This document shows, in pieces, positions 46,556-55,097 of a stretch of DNA of 64,000 nt (its first letter is position 1; each line of letters opens with the position of its first letter). Under the pieces are notes generated by a model. The model was not told the origin of the DNA. It ran no database searches and saw nothing but the letters and a program-made list of their open reading frames with translations. The stretch is from a virus, in IMG/VR virus record IMGVR_UViG_2548876926_000005. One strand, 5' to 3'. Made by a program: the position numbers and the translations under genes.

Positions 46556-46861
46556 TGTCATGCTGACTGAATAGGTCAGGGGTTCGATTCCCCTGGGTGG
46601 CTCTGGGTCTGGCTGGGAGTCGTCCTTGCCGTCGATCAGCCATCGCGGCGAAACGCCGCACATCACCGCGATTTCGTTGAGCACGAACTTCTTGGGTGGG
46701 GCACCAGCATCACGGCACCATCTTGACGCCGTACCACGGCTTATCTCGAACTTCTCGACCAAATCGCCGTGCTTGAGCCCGCCATGATCTAGCGCCATCT
46801 GAATGCGCCACCCGAGTGTCAGCGGTGGTATGGCGCCGCTGACGTGTGCCTGCTCCGTCAT
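46481..46861 (-). CDS. Immunity repressor (XRE HTH) spanning the att core
   Basis: TLGWRIQMAL...ISRGTASRW...CGVSPRWL; AGGAGG RBS; EPPRGIEPLTYS is the antisense tRNA arm. Confidence 0.9.
   Translation of the reverse strand: MTEQAHVSGAIPPLTLGWRIQMALDHGGLKHGDLVEKFEISRGTASRWCRDAGAPPKKFVLNEIAVMCGVSPRWLIDGKDDSQPDPEPPRGIEPLTYSVSMTCATTDYIGLSSATCKCRSSSGYSV
46568..46603 (+). other. att common core: 3' half of a tRNA (probably tRNA-Thr)
   Basis: TGAAT-AGGTC-AGGGG-TTCGATT-CCCCT-GGGTGGC-T-C; no 5' half upstream. Confidence 0.9.
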
Positions 46862-46994
46862 GCCTGAAACCTCCTGTTGTGGCATGACAAACAGTATTGG
46901 CGCATGACTGACATTCGTCAAGGTGAATCGATACCGCAGGACATGCACATGTCGAACAGTTGACAATTACAGCCATGTAAGTCAAATTGGTGCA
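46862..46994. promoter_or_regulatory. Divergent repressor/Cro control region
   Basis: AT-richer gap; rightward TTGACA 46960; leftward TTGACG 46921-46916 and TACTGT 46896-46891; inverted repeats TTGAC(AA)TTACA/TGTAAGTCAA and GACATG-CA-CATGTC. Confidence 0.7.
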
Positions 46995-47198
46995 ATGCAC
47001 CAAAACGGCGTAGTTGATGAACTGATTACCAGCACGTGTGCTGGCCAGATTCTCAAGAAGTCCGGTCGAACCGTGGTTCGTCACGCCGAGGCTGGGCGCA
47101 TCCCGATTGCGGCCAGGCTGCCTGGCCCCAACGGGGCATATCTATTCAGCCGTCACGTGATTGAAGAGTTGGCACGCAACCTGGCCGTCGCTTCGTGA
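46995..47198 (+). CDS. Cro/excisionase-like HTH protein
   Basis: LITST.A..IL..S.RTV.R....G.IP...YLF; divergent from repressor. Confidence 0.8.
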   Translation: MHQNGVVDELITSTCAGQILKKSGRTVVRHAEAGRIPIAARLPGPNGAYLFSRHVIEELARNLAVAS

Positions 47199-47413
47199 CC
47201 GTTCGGATGCGATCAACCCGGCTGCGTGATGGGCTCGTTGCCCTCGCAGCTGGGGTTCTGTGCTGCCTTGATGAGTTGGAGAAGGCCCTTCATGAGCTAG
47301 GCGCGGACTGTCGCGTCGGTGCCCAGGTCCTCACCGAACTCCTCGTAGATCTTCTTACCCCTTGGCCTTCGCAAGACGCCGCCGATCAAGCCAGTGAGGG
47401 CCACCAAGACTGA
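47195..47413 (+). CDS. Hypothetical protein
   Basis: GTGA coupling. Confidence 0.55.
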   Translation: MTVRMRSTRLRDGLVALAAGVLCCLDELEKALHELGADCRVGAQVLTELLVDLLTPWPSQDAADQASEGHQD

Positions 47414-47417
47414 CCCA

Positions 47418-47510
47418 CCCGCCAACAACTGAATAGGAAATACCCCAGCGGGCCGGGCTCAATTTCCCGCCAAGAAAATCCACACCCGGACCGCTGGGGC
47501 CACTGCAACC
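47418..47510 (+). ncRNA. Candidate structured cis-RNA in early operon
   Basis: 14/15-bp stem 47443-47457/47485-47499; CCCGCCAA occurs twice. Confidence 0.45.
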
Positions 47511-47528
47511 AGGATAGGAGAACCTGGC

Positions 47529-47825
47529 ATGTCCCACCGTATCCCCGATAGATACCAGCGTGTCGGCGGCATCCGCACGGCCATCATGCGACACGCATTC
47601 TGGACGGTCGCCGCGCTAGCCCTTGTCTACGCGCTGGTGATGCTATCCGAGCACCAGTACCCGCAATTTGTCATCTGCATGGCACTCATGGTGGCCGCGT
47701 CCTGCATCGATCTACGGGTGCACCGTCGTGGCCGGTACCGCGATCGCGCCGGGGTGCTGCTGCTAGTCGCCGTAATGGCCATCGTTGTCACTGGCGTGTT
47801 CGCGCAGGTGGGGGTGAACGCATGA
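47529..47825 (+). CDS. Membrane protein (3 TM)
   Basis: AGGAG RBS; hydrophobic helices. Confidence 0.8.
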   Translation: MSHRIPDRYQRVGGIRTAIMRHAFWTVAALALVYALVMLSEHQYPQFVICMALMVAASCIDLRVHRRGRYRDRAGVLLLVAVMAIVVTGVFAQVGVNA

Positions 47826-48130
47826 GCTTCACATTCGATCCCGCGCCCGAATTCGACTCTGCCATGGCTGCATTCGATAAGGCAGAGCAGGCGTGCGCCC
47901 TAACAGCTGGCGATGTGACCTTGCGTGCTGACATCGCCGAACTGCTCGAAGTGCTGCCGATGCGCGAGCGACGGCGAGCGTGGGTCCAAGCTGCCGAGGA
48001 CTCCGGTACTGACCCGCGAAACGGCTGGTACCTGTTCGCCGGGGCGATCAGCGAGGCCGCGTTAACGGACTTCTTCACTGATCGGGACGCACGGCATTCG
48101 GCCAGCGCCGTCCTCATGGAGGCGGTCTAA
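47822..48130 (+). CDS. Hypothetical protein
   Basis: ATGA coupling. Confidence 0.75.
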   Translation: MSFTFDPAPEFDSAMAAFDKAEQACALTAGDVTLRADIAELLEVLPMRERRRAWVQAAEDSGTDPRNGWYLFAGAISEAALTDFFTDRDARHSASAVLMEAV

Positions 48131-48681
48131 TGCAGAAGCCCACCAAGGCATTTGCCGACATGGTGCTTGAACTCGCGGACAAGCTAGAGGCAGTCCTTAA
48201 CGAGATGTACCCGGACGGTCAGCTTATCCCTGTGTTCGTCAGCCCCGAATCGCTGCGCGCGTCGGCGCGAGACCTCACGCGGAATGCCGAGGATACTCCG
48301 CGTTCGGCCGAACCATCCTTAGCGCCAGGACGTTTCGCGCCCCTGTATCCAGTCACCTTGTATCAGGCCGGGTGCACCTCGTGCGGCGCTGTCGTTGATG
48401 ACTACGGCGACTACTCCTGCCTTGAGGACGACGAAGCAGTGGGATACGTCTGCGACCGCCTAGGATGGTTCGAGACGACACGGCGCGAGCCCACGCCGAC
48501 ACCTGAGAGGCCCAATCTCGTTACGGTGCATACGGTCGAGCTGCTGTGCCCGGACTGTCAGCGCTGCGAGGTCTGCGGCGCCTGCAATCCTGCTGAGATT
48601 GACGAACATCTGGTGTGCGTCGAGCACGAAGACCATGACTTTAGTTATGCGCCAATAGATGTGGCTGAGGTGGGCGCGTGA
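48130..48681 (+). CDS. Cys-rich zinc-binding protein
   Basis: CTSC, CPDC, CEVC, CVEH. Confidence 0.75.
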   Translation: MQKPTKAFADMVLELADKLEAVLNEMYPDGQLIPVFVSPESLRASARDLTRNAEDTPRSAEPSLAPGRFAPLYPVTLYQAGCTSCGAVVDDYGDYSCLEDDEAVGYVCDRLGWFETTRREPTPTPERPNLVTVHTVELLCPDCQRCEVCGACNPAEIDEHLVCVEHEDHDFSYAPIDVAEVGA

Positions 48682-48878
48682 CCGGCGACCAGCCGGTCGG
48701 TGAGTATCCCCCGATCGGCAGGTTCGATCTGGTTCCGATGGAGCTGCGTGTGCGAGCCGTGGTGGCCGTGCAAATGACGTGCGAAATGCTTGCCCGATTC
48801 ATCGGCGTTGATCTATTTCCCGATTTCACAGAGGATTTCGCGGCGCTTCTGCACGTGCCCGTGACCCCTAACAACTAG
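48678..48878 (+). CDS. Hypothetical protein
   Basis: GTGA coupling. Confidence 0.5.
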   Translation: MTGDQPVGEYPPIGRFDLVPMELRVRAVVAVQMTCEMLARFIGVDLFPDFTEDFAALLHVPVTPNN

Positions 48879-48893
48879 CAGGGAGACCCTTTC

Positions 48894-49289
48894 ATGTCGC
48901 GTTCGGAAGACCCTTTCATCCTGGAGTTGCAAGCCGGTGCCAGCGCGACCGGCGAAATACACTCCTTCACAACCGAATCCATCGAGATACGCGGAACCTT
49001 CACCCTCGGCCAAGGGCTCGTATTACGCCCCGGTGCAAAGGTTTACATCCTTGCCGACGACGACGCGGTGGATGTCATCAACGGATTCATTGCCGACGCC
49101 GAGGTAGCTGCCGAAGAGGGCGCGGCCGAGAAGGCTGTGCATGCCGCCGTCGATTCGTTCGCCGACGGGGCAATTGAGGCTGTGAAAGACGCTGTAAGCC
49201 AGATAGATCCCTCGTTGGCCGACAGCGCGCAGAAGGTCACCGACGCGCTGATCGCAGCCATTGAGAAGGCTAAGCGGGGCGACGAATGA
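48894..49289 (+). CDS. Hypothetical protein
   Basis: GGGAG RBS. Confidence 0.7.
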   Translation: MSRSEDPFILELQAGASATGEIHSFTTESIEIRGTFTLGQGLVLRPGAKVYILADDDAVDVINGFIADAEVAAEEGAAEKAVHAAVDSFADGAIEAVKDAVSQIDPSLADSAQKVTDALIAAIEKAKRGDE

Positions 49290-50434
49290 AATTCGCGATG
49301 GATACCGATCTACTCGCTGAAACCATCACGGCGGCAATCAGTTCCCTACCGGCCCGCCCAACGTCCCCGGTCCTGGGCGGGGTGTTGGTTGAGGTCGGTA
49401 TCGGCTCGGTCACGATGTCGAGTTTCAACTACGAGCGCGCCACCAAGCGCACTGCCGCCGCGATGGACGTTACCGAGCCCGACACAGCTGTGGTGTCAGG
49501 AAAACTGCTGGCCGCGATCGGCGGCAACCTGCCCCGCAACAAGGATGCCACCGTTGATGTCAGCGGGCAGGAAATGGTTATCACGGCGGGCCGCACCGCA
49601 TTTCGTCTACCGCTGCTGCATGGCGAGGACTTCCCCGAACTGCCGATCATGAAGCCCAGGGAGGATGCCATCGGCACGGTTGATGGCGACACGTTCGCCG
49701 AGGCGGTCCAGGTCATCGGCGCCTTGGCCTCCACCGAAGAGCAACCCGCCAAGCTGACCGGAATCAATCTCACGTTCAGCCCGGATGGGTTGTGGCTGTG
49801 CGCCACTGACCGATACATCGTGGGTAGGCGCCGTCTGGACTGGAACGGCAGCGTCCAGACACAGACCCTCGTACCGGCGGCCGACCTGCTCGCCACGATC
49901 AAGGCCGCAGCCGGTTCCGCACCGGAGAACATCGAAATCCTGTTGCGTGGCAGCTCAATGTTCGGCCTGCGCACCCCATCAACCACAGTCATGACGCGGT
50001 GCCTGGCTGAGGAATTCCCCGCCATGGAAACGGTGCTGACCCCGGCTGTCTACGCGGCCACGTCCACGGTGGCCACCGCCGAACTCGCGGACATGCTGCG
50101 CCGGGCCTCGTCTATCGCTGATGACGGCAACGCCCAAATCGATATCGAGGTTGACGCTGGGGGCCTGGCGGTCACCACCACCAAGAGCGCTACCGGCAAG
50201 GTCAACGACAGCATCGCCGCTGTGCACCAGGGCGATTACCGCCGCGTCGCTCTGTCGGCTCGGCGCCTCAATAGCGCCCTGTCGGTGGTCGATGACCACG
50301 AGGTCACCTTGGGATTCCGCGAGACCGGCCAGCTGGTGAGCATCCATCCCGGCGCACTGGAACGCACCGACAACCCCGTTGACCTGCTGGCGTGCAACAA
50401 CTTTGCACTGCTCATCGGAATCCGCGGGGCGTGA
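49286..50434 (+). CDS. dnaN: DNA polymerase III beta sliding clamp homologue
   Basis: 382 aa; RPTSPVLGGVL, VSGKLL, EDFPELP, LTGI, ATDRY, EFP. Confidence 0.92.
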   Translation: MKFAMDTDLLAETITAAISSLPARPTSPVLGGVLVEVGIGSVTMSSFNYERATKRTAAAMDVTEPDTAVVSGKLLAAIGGNLPRNKDATVDVSGQEMVITAGRTAFRLPLLHGEDFPELPIMKPREDAIGTVDGDTFAEAVQVIGALASTEEQPAKLTGINLTFSPDGLWLCATDRYIVGRRRLDWNGSVQTQTLVPAADLLATIKAAAGSAPENIEILLRGSSMFGLRTPSTTVMTRCLAEEFPAMETVLTPAVYAATSTVATAELADMLRRASSIADDGNAQIDIEVDAGGLAVTTTKSATGKVNDSIAAVHQGDYRRVALSARRLNSALSVVDDHEVTLGFRETGQLVSIHPGALERTDNPVDLLACNNFALLIGIRGA

Positions 50435-50604
50435 TGGCGACCGCAACGGCGCCCACTGGCGCCTCCGAGTTCATCTACCGCTTCTACGCGCAGCAGCGCG
50501 GCAAGTGCGACGGCGGCTGTGGATTCCAACTCAAACCAGGCGACCTCGTAACGAGGCGCGGCAACGAATTCCGGTGCGAAACATGTGCAGAAAGGTGGAA
50601 ATGA
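50434..50604 (+). CDS. Small zinc-finger protein
   Basis: GKCDGGC...PGD...CETC. Confidence 0.65.
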   Translation: MATATAPTGASEFIYRFYAQQRGKCDGGCGFQLKPGDLVTRRGNEFRCETCAERWK

Positions 50605-50762
50605 TGGGCGAGCGAGGACGCATCAACCTGGACGCGGCCGAGCAGAGGCTCGGCGGCGATGAGTTCGACGTGAAGACCGCAACAGCGATGGCGCTGATCG
50701 ATATCGCCGAATCGCTGCGGGACATCTACGCCGCCATGCCGGTAGAGCGCGACTGGCGATGA
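50601..50762 (+). CDS. Hypothetical protein
   Basis: ATGA coupling; ATAMALIDIAESLR. Confidence 0.65.
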   Translation: MMGERGRINLDAAEQRLGGDEFDVKTATAMALIDIAESLRDIYAAMPVERDWR

Positions 50763-51499
50763 CCGACGACGCTACCCGCTTCTTCTGGTCCTGGCTCATC
50801 GGCTCGGCCGCGTTCTCCATCCTCGGCGTTGTCACGCACGCGGTGCTTGGCAGTGCACGCTCATCGCTGATCGCCTCGGTGCTCGCGGTGGGCATCGTGG
50901 TAATCCAGCTGTGCGCCACCTACGGCGTGCACGCCTTGGTTCAGGAACGCATCACCGGCGCCGCATACCGCTGGGCGCTCGCGATCGCCATTGCACTCGC
51001 GCTCGGCGCGTTCGTGCTCAACTTCGTTGCCCTACAAGACCTGGTGATCACCTGGGCAGGGACCGCGCCCGCGATCGCCTGGATTGTGCCCCTGATCATC
51101 GACCTGGGTATGACAGCGAGCACCCTGGCGATACTGGCGCTCACCGAAGCTCAACGCACCGAGCAGCTGCACACACCCACGCACCCTGACGCGCAACCGG
51201 CGCCGTCCGTTCATGTCGAGGTGCACAACACCGTGCACGCCGACGCGCACGCGGTCGCACAGCCCGTGCACGCTGCCGAGCAGGTAGAGCGCGCAGCGGT
51301 GCACGCCGCGATCGCTACGCGCCTCACCGACTCAGGAGTGGTGCGTATCGCCCCTGAGCGCGTCGTGCGGGTACTGGATGCCCACGCCGAAGGTGTAAGG
51401 CCGGGAACGATCGCGCGGTCCTTGGGGGTCGGATTCAGCACCGTCAAGAACATCGTCGCGGCGGTCGCGGTCGAAGGGGCGGGGTCCGATGGCGCCTAA
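50759..51499 (+). CDS. DUF2637-like membrane protein with C-terminal HTH
   Basis: Four TM helices, LNF.AL.DL, AWIVPLIIDL; IARSLGVGFSTVKNI. Confidence 0.75.
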   Translation: MTDDATRFFWSWLIGSAAFSILGVVTHAVLGSARSSLIASVLAVGIVVIQLCATYGVHALVQERITGAAYRWALAIAIALALGAFVLNFVALQDLVITWAGTAPAIAWIVPLIIDLGMTASTLAILALTEAQRTEQLHTPTHPDAQPAPSVHVEVHNTVHADAHAVAQPVHAAEQVERAAVHAAIATRLTDSGVVRIAPERVVRVLDAHAEGVRPGTIARSLGVGFSTVKNIVAAVAVEGAGSDGA

Positions 51500-51746
51500 C
51501 GCCCCTTCGGGCTTGGTGCGCCGCATGTTCGCGCTCTTTCATCTGGGCGGCGTGCAGCAGAAACGGGCCGACCGGCTGGCCGTCGCGTCATACGTCACCT
51601 GGCGCCGTATCCGCACGACCGATGACCTCACCGAGGCCGATATCAAGGCCATCGTCGCGACGTTGGAGTACTGGCGTTTCGCCGGCCAAATCGAGTACCG
51701 CTGCCGCCGCATCGCCGAATCAATGCACAAGGAGATGAGCGCATGA
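51489..51746 (+). CDS. Hypothetical protein
   Basis: Overlapping, operonic. Confidence 0.7.
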   Translation: MAPNAPSGLVRRMFALFHLGGVQQKRADRLAVASYVTWRRIRTTDDLTEADIKAIVATLEYWRFAGQIEYRCRRIAESMHKEMSA

Positions 51747-52675
51747 CCGATGCGCACGACGATGAGTCCTTCTTGGCTCACGTGGCCGACATGCAGCGCC
51801 GCGAGGCACCAGAGCGGCGCAGGCAGTGGATTCGGCGGGTCCTGGGCTGCACCGACCTCTCAGCGGCCCAGCGCAATGTCCTGCTCGCGCTGGAGACCTT
51901 CGCCGACTATCTCGACGGCTCCAACGCGCACCCCGGCGAGACCAACCTCGCCGAAATCTGCGGACTCACCACACGGGCCGTTCGAACCGCCCTCAGCAGA
52001 GGATGCGAACTCGGCCTGATCAAGAAGACAGCAAACGAAAATCCGCGGGCCAGCCGCGCAGCGGTGTACCGATTGGTGCTCTCAGGCGAGCCCATCACCG
52101 GAACGGCGGTTCCGGTAAAAGAGCCCATCACCGGAACGGCGGTTCCTGTGAATAACTCCATCACCGGAACGGCCGTTCCTGTGAATAACTCCATCACCGG
52201 AACGGCGGTTCCTGTGTATAACTCCCATCACCGGAACGGCCACGACACCATCACCGGAACGGCCGTTCCGCCCACCAAGTCATGTACCAATAACTCAAGG
52301 GTGTTACGTAACTCGGGTACGTCACCAGAGCCGCGCATCACCGAGGACACACACCCCGCGCCTCCCTCGCGGTTCTGTGATGAGCACCCGATGGGAACTC
52401 GGGGCAACTGCGGCAATTGCGCAAACGCGCGAACTGCCTTCAATGCCTGGCAAGCCCACCAAGCCGTCCGCGATGTCGAAATCGCCCAAGCCGACACCCG
52501 GCGCCGACACGAGCAGCGCGTCAACTGCCCGTGGTGCCACGGCACCAACGTCCGCGACATCGGGGACGACCTCGTGGAGAAGTGCGACCACCAGAGGCCC
52601 CCACAGGCCCGTAGAACCCTCTCGCTGGTGCCGCCACTGCCGGGCGGGCCTGAAAACGTCAGAGCGGCGCAATGA
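51743..52675 (+). CDS. Replication initiator-like protein (winged HTH) with internal repeats
   Basis: AHPG..NLA..CGL..RAVR.AL; GTAVP repeats; C-terminal CxxH/CxxC. Confidence 0.8.
   Translation: MTDAHDDESFLAHVADMQRREAPERRRQWIRRVLGCTDLSAAQRNVLLALETFADYLDGSNAHPGETNLAEICGLTTRAVRTALSRGCELGLIKKTANENPRASRAAVYRLVLSGEPITGTAVPVKEPITGTAVPVNNSITGTAVPVNNSITGTAVPVYNSHHRNGHDTITGTAVPPTKSCTNNSRVLRNSGTSPEPRITEDTHPAPPSRFCDEHPMGTRGNCGNCANARTAFNAWQAHQAVRDVEIAQADTRRRHEQRVNCPWCHGTNVRDIGDDLVEKCDHQRPPQARRTLSLVPPLPGGPENVRAAQ
52092..52269 (+). repeat. Six iteron-like repeats (candidate origin)
   Basis: CCATCACCGGAACGGC at 52092, 52125, 52158, 52191, 52225, 52248. Confidence 0.9.
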
Positions 52676-52908
52676 GCGCCCATTCCGGCCACGCCGAGGC
52701 CGACGAGCCCACCACGTTCGAGCGTGGCCCTGGTAGGCGGCGGCGCAGCGCACCGGGGCCGGTCTACGACGCCTACGCCGTGGCAGGGGCCATCAACCGG
52801 CCATGCACCAACTGCGGCGCCCAACCGCGCCAGTACTGCTGCGCGCCCAACGGCGCCGAAAGCAAGATCCCCTGCCTGCAACGACTCTCAGAGAGGCGAG
52901 AGAGCTGA
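52672..52908 (+). CDS. Zinc-finger protein
   Basis: CTNCGA.P...C........PC..R. Confidence 0.75.
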   Translation: MSAHSGHAEADEPTTFERGPGRRRRSAPGPVYDAYAVAGAINRPCTNCGAQPRQYCCAPNGAESKIPCLQRLSERRES

Positions 52909-53783
52909 TGACGACCGAGTGCCGCAACAAAGCCTGCAAGCGGGCCTCGCAGCTGTACCTGTGCAACGACTGCACCACCGTCCTGCGCAACATGCTCGAC
53001 CAGGTACCCGACCTGCTGGCCGAACTCGACGCCCGCATTCAGAAACTCGACCGCGTACCGCACGGCACCATCGGGCGCACCCGTGGCCCCTCGGACCTGA
53101 ACGTCATGGATTTTGAGGCCGCCGAGACCGCCCGTGAAACCCGGAAGATGCTGCGGCGCTGGGTTGAAACCGTCGCCTCCCAGCACAGCGGACGGCGCCC
53201 ACCCGGCCTAGACACCGTGGAGACCCGCATGTTCGCCCGCTGGCTACAGGTCAACGTTGAGGCCATCGCACGCCTGGACATCGCCGGAAAGATCTACGAC
53301 GACATCAAGGAACTCATCGGTTCCGGCGACAAAGGCGGCACACTCGTACGGGCCATCGATCGCCGCGAACGGCACTTCGCCGGATCGTGCCCAACCGTCA
53401 CCGGGTGGGACGCTAATGGTCGCGTCATCGAATGCGGAGAAATCCTCTACGACGAATACGGCAGCAGGACAATCGATTGCCCAACCTGCGGCCAGGAAAT
53501 CGACGTAAAACGCAACCAGGTAAGGGCGCTGGCCAGCCGCGACCTCATGCCCGCAGACACGCTGCTGGACGCGCTGGCCAACGCCGGGGAATCAGTGCAG
53601 GCCGACCAAATCGAGCGCTGGATAGCCATCAAACGACTACGCCCACGCGGCTACATGCACCAAGGAAAGTTCGTCAAAACCCGTGTGCAAGAGGCAGATA
53701 ACGCCCTGTACAGCTTCGAGACCGCACGCAGGCTGTTACGAAAAGACAACCGGCACAACACACGTCAGAAAGTCACCCGATGA
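52908..53783 (+). CDS. Zn-ribbon/HTH DNA-binding protein, possible late regulator
   Basis: Several CxxC motifs; C-terminal IERW...RL...Y. Confidence 0.7.
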   Translation: MTTECRNKACKRASQLYLCNDCTTVLRNMLDQVPDLLAELDARIQKLDRVPHGTIGRTRGPSDLNVMDFEAAETARETRKMLRRWVETVASQHSGRRPPGLDTVETRMFARWLQVNVEAIARLDIAGKIYDDIKELIGSGDKGGTLVRAIDRRERHFAGSCPTVTGWDANGRVIECGEILYDEYGSRTIDCPTCGQEIDVKRNQVRALASRDLMPADTLLDALANAGESVQADQIERWIAIKRLRPRGYMHQGKFVKTRVQEADNALYSFETARRLLRKDNRHNTRQKVTR

Positions 53784-54313
53784 ACAACAAGGAGAAAACG
53801 CACATGGAACAGCCCACCGCAGTAATCGCAGACGCGATCGCAGAGTTCATGCCCGAAGGAGACGGGGGTCAGGATGGTTTGGCCAACCTCGCCAATGCAC
53901 AGTCGGTAATAGCCGCACTACGCGCCGCCGGGTACTCGGTGATGTCCAATCCGTACCGCCATGCGATGACGGACGAACAGCAACAGGAGCTAGCCCAGTT
54001 CATCAACCGACACTCATTGGAGAATGGTTGTGACATACCAGATTTCGCCATTGCGAGCTATCTAGCAAAATGCTATCAGGCCCTATGTCGAGCGGCCGAG
54101 TCGAAAGTTGACTGGCCAAAAACCCTCTCGCACGGCGCATCCCAGACAGCCGTCACCGTGTGCAACGTGTGCGGCCGCGAACGCACCCCGAACGATGCCC
54201 TCGACTACAACCCAATCCAGGTAGTCACACGCCAGCTGCTCGGCTGGTACTCGGGAGACGACGGCGAGATATGCCCCGAATGCATGGCCCAGCTGATCGG
54301 AAGGACTAACTGA
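53780..54313 (+). CDS. Mosaic hypothetical protein
   Basis: INRHSLENGCDIPDF; CNVC...CPEC. Confidence 0.7.
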   Translation: MNNKEKTHMEQPTAVIADAIAEFMPEGDGGQDGLANLANAQSVIAALRAAGYSVMSNPYRHAMTDEQQQELAQFINRHSLENGCDIPDFAIASYLAKCYQALCRAAESKVDWPKTLSHGASQTAVTVCNVCGRERTPNDALDYNPIQVVTRQLLGWYSGDDGEICPECMAQLIGRTN

Positions 54314-54693
54314 TGAGCACACGAGCGAGCTGGCTTCGCTTCGCCGTGACCCGTGCTGCATTAGGCGAGCGAGTCGTATATGTCTGCGCGAGCCACGATT
54401 CCACGCGCGATGCCTTTCTGTTCGCCGAAAAGCTCGCCAAACGCCATTTCGCCCAATGGCTAGAGCGGATCTACTGCGCCCGAGCGGAACAACAGATTCG
54501 GTTCACCTCCGGCGGTGTGGTCATGTTCTCAAACCCGCAGTGTCGCAACTATCGGGGCATGTCCTCGGATGTGCTCATTCTGGAATATGGTGGCGAGGCC
54601 ACAGAGGCGGCCACCAGCCTGCTCGGCGGCGCCAAGGCTGTACACCGCACAGTTGAAAACTGTCCCGAAACCATAAGCGAGGCAAAGGAATGA
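54313..54693 (+). CDS. Stand-alone terminase-ATPase-like fragment, no Walker A, degenerate Walker B
   Basis: Aligns by eye to TerL 57317-58771; TGATG/ATGA coupling at both ends. Confidence 0.75.
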   Translation: MSTRASWLRFAVTRAALGERVVYVCASHDSTRDAFLFAEKLAKRHFAQWLERIYCARAEQQIRFTSGGVVMFSNPQCRNYRGMSSDVLILEYGGEATEAATSLLGGAKAVHRTVENCPETISEAKE

Positions 54694-54965
54694 GTAGCGC
54701 AACCCCCGCCGCGCTTCACTGGGTCGCCCCCGGATCGTCCCGGCAAGTTCAGGAGGCGCAGTATCAAGGCGGTAGATACCAGATCTACCCATGGAAGGGC
54801 GGGTGGACATTCAACCGCGATGACCATCCCCTGTTGCCGAAGTTCGACGGGGTGGTGGACACCGAATGTGAAGCAAAACTGCTGTGCCAGAATGACTATC
54901 AGAAAGTCGCACGACTCATAGCCTGGGTTGAGTACATCCTGAACAATGACCCGCCGTTGCCCTGA
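54690..54965 (+). CDS. Hypothetical protein
   Basis: AAAGGA RBS, ATGA coupling; EAK..CQ.DY. Confidence 0.75.
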   Translation: MSSATPAALHWVAPGSSRQVQEAQYQGGRYQIYPWKGGWTFNRDDHPLLPKFDGVVDTECEAKLLCQNDYQKVARLIAWVEYILNNDPPLP

Positions 54966-54989
54966 ATTGCGCACGCTACCCTGATAGCT

Positions 54990-55097
54990 GGTTCTGTAGC
55001 TCAAGAGGTGAGAGCAGGTGAACAAGTCCCCGGTGGAAACGTACGACACAAGTTCCGGGTGGAAACCAAGATGCGGGATCATGGCCCGCCAGAACCC
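54990..55097 (+). ncRNA. tRNA-like RNA with expanded anticodon arm
   Basis: Perfect 7-bp acceptor, 4-bp D and 5-bp T stems at canonical spacing; 51-nt anticodon arm. Confidence 0.8.

Larger units (their letters stand above)
1..46603 (+). mobile_element. Prophage 1 (siphovirus-type), left end outside window, right end at att core
   Basis: Contiguous early, packaging, head, tail and lysis genes, then a leftward toxin cassette ending at a tRNA-derived att core. Confidence 0.93.

Noticed and set aside
46525..46606. Intact tRNA gene at the junction
   Set aside because: Only the 3' anticodon strand, variable loop, T arm and 3' acceptor strand are present; there is no D arm or 5' acceptor strand upstream
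46940..46966. LexA SOS box in the immunity region
   Set aside because: Only a TCGAAC half-site; no GTTCGA partner at 4-nt spacing
47428..47437. Second att core (ACTGAATAGG also at 46566)
   Set aside because: A 10-bp match only, lacking the T arm; probably chance or a separate RNA motif
52092..52269. CRISPR array
   Set aside because: Intervening sequences are only ~7-18 bp and similar to each other, the array lies in a CDS, and no cas genes are present
55022..55066. Mini-CRISPR or group I intron in the tRNA-like element
   Set aside because: The spacer is only 7 nt, and the insert is far too short for a self-splicing intron
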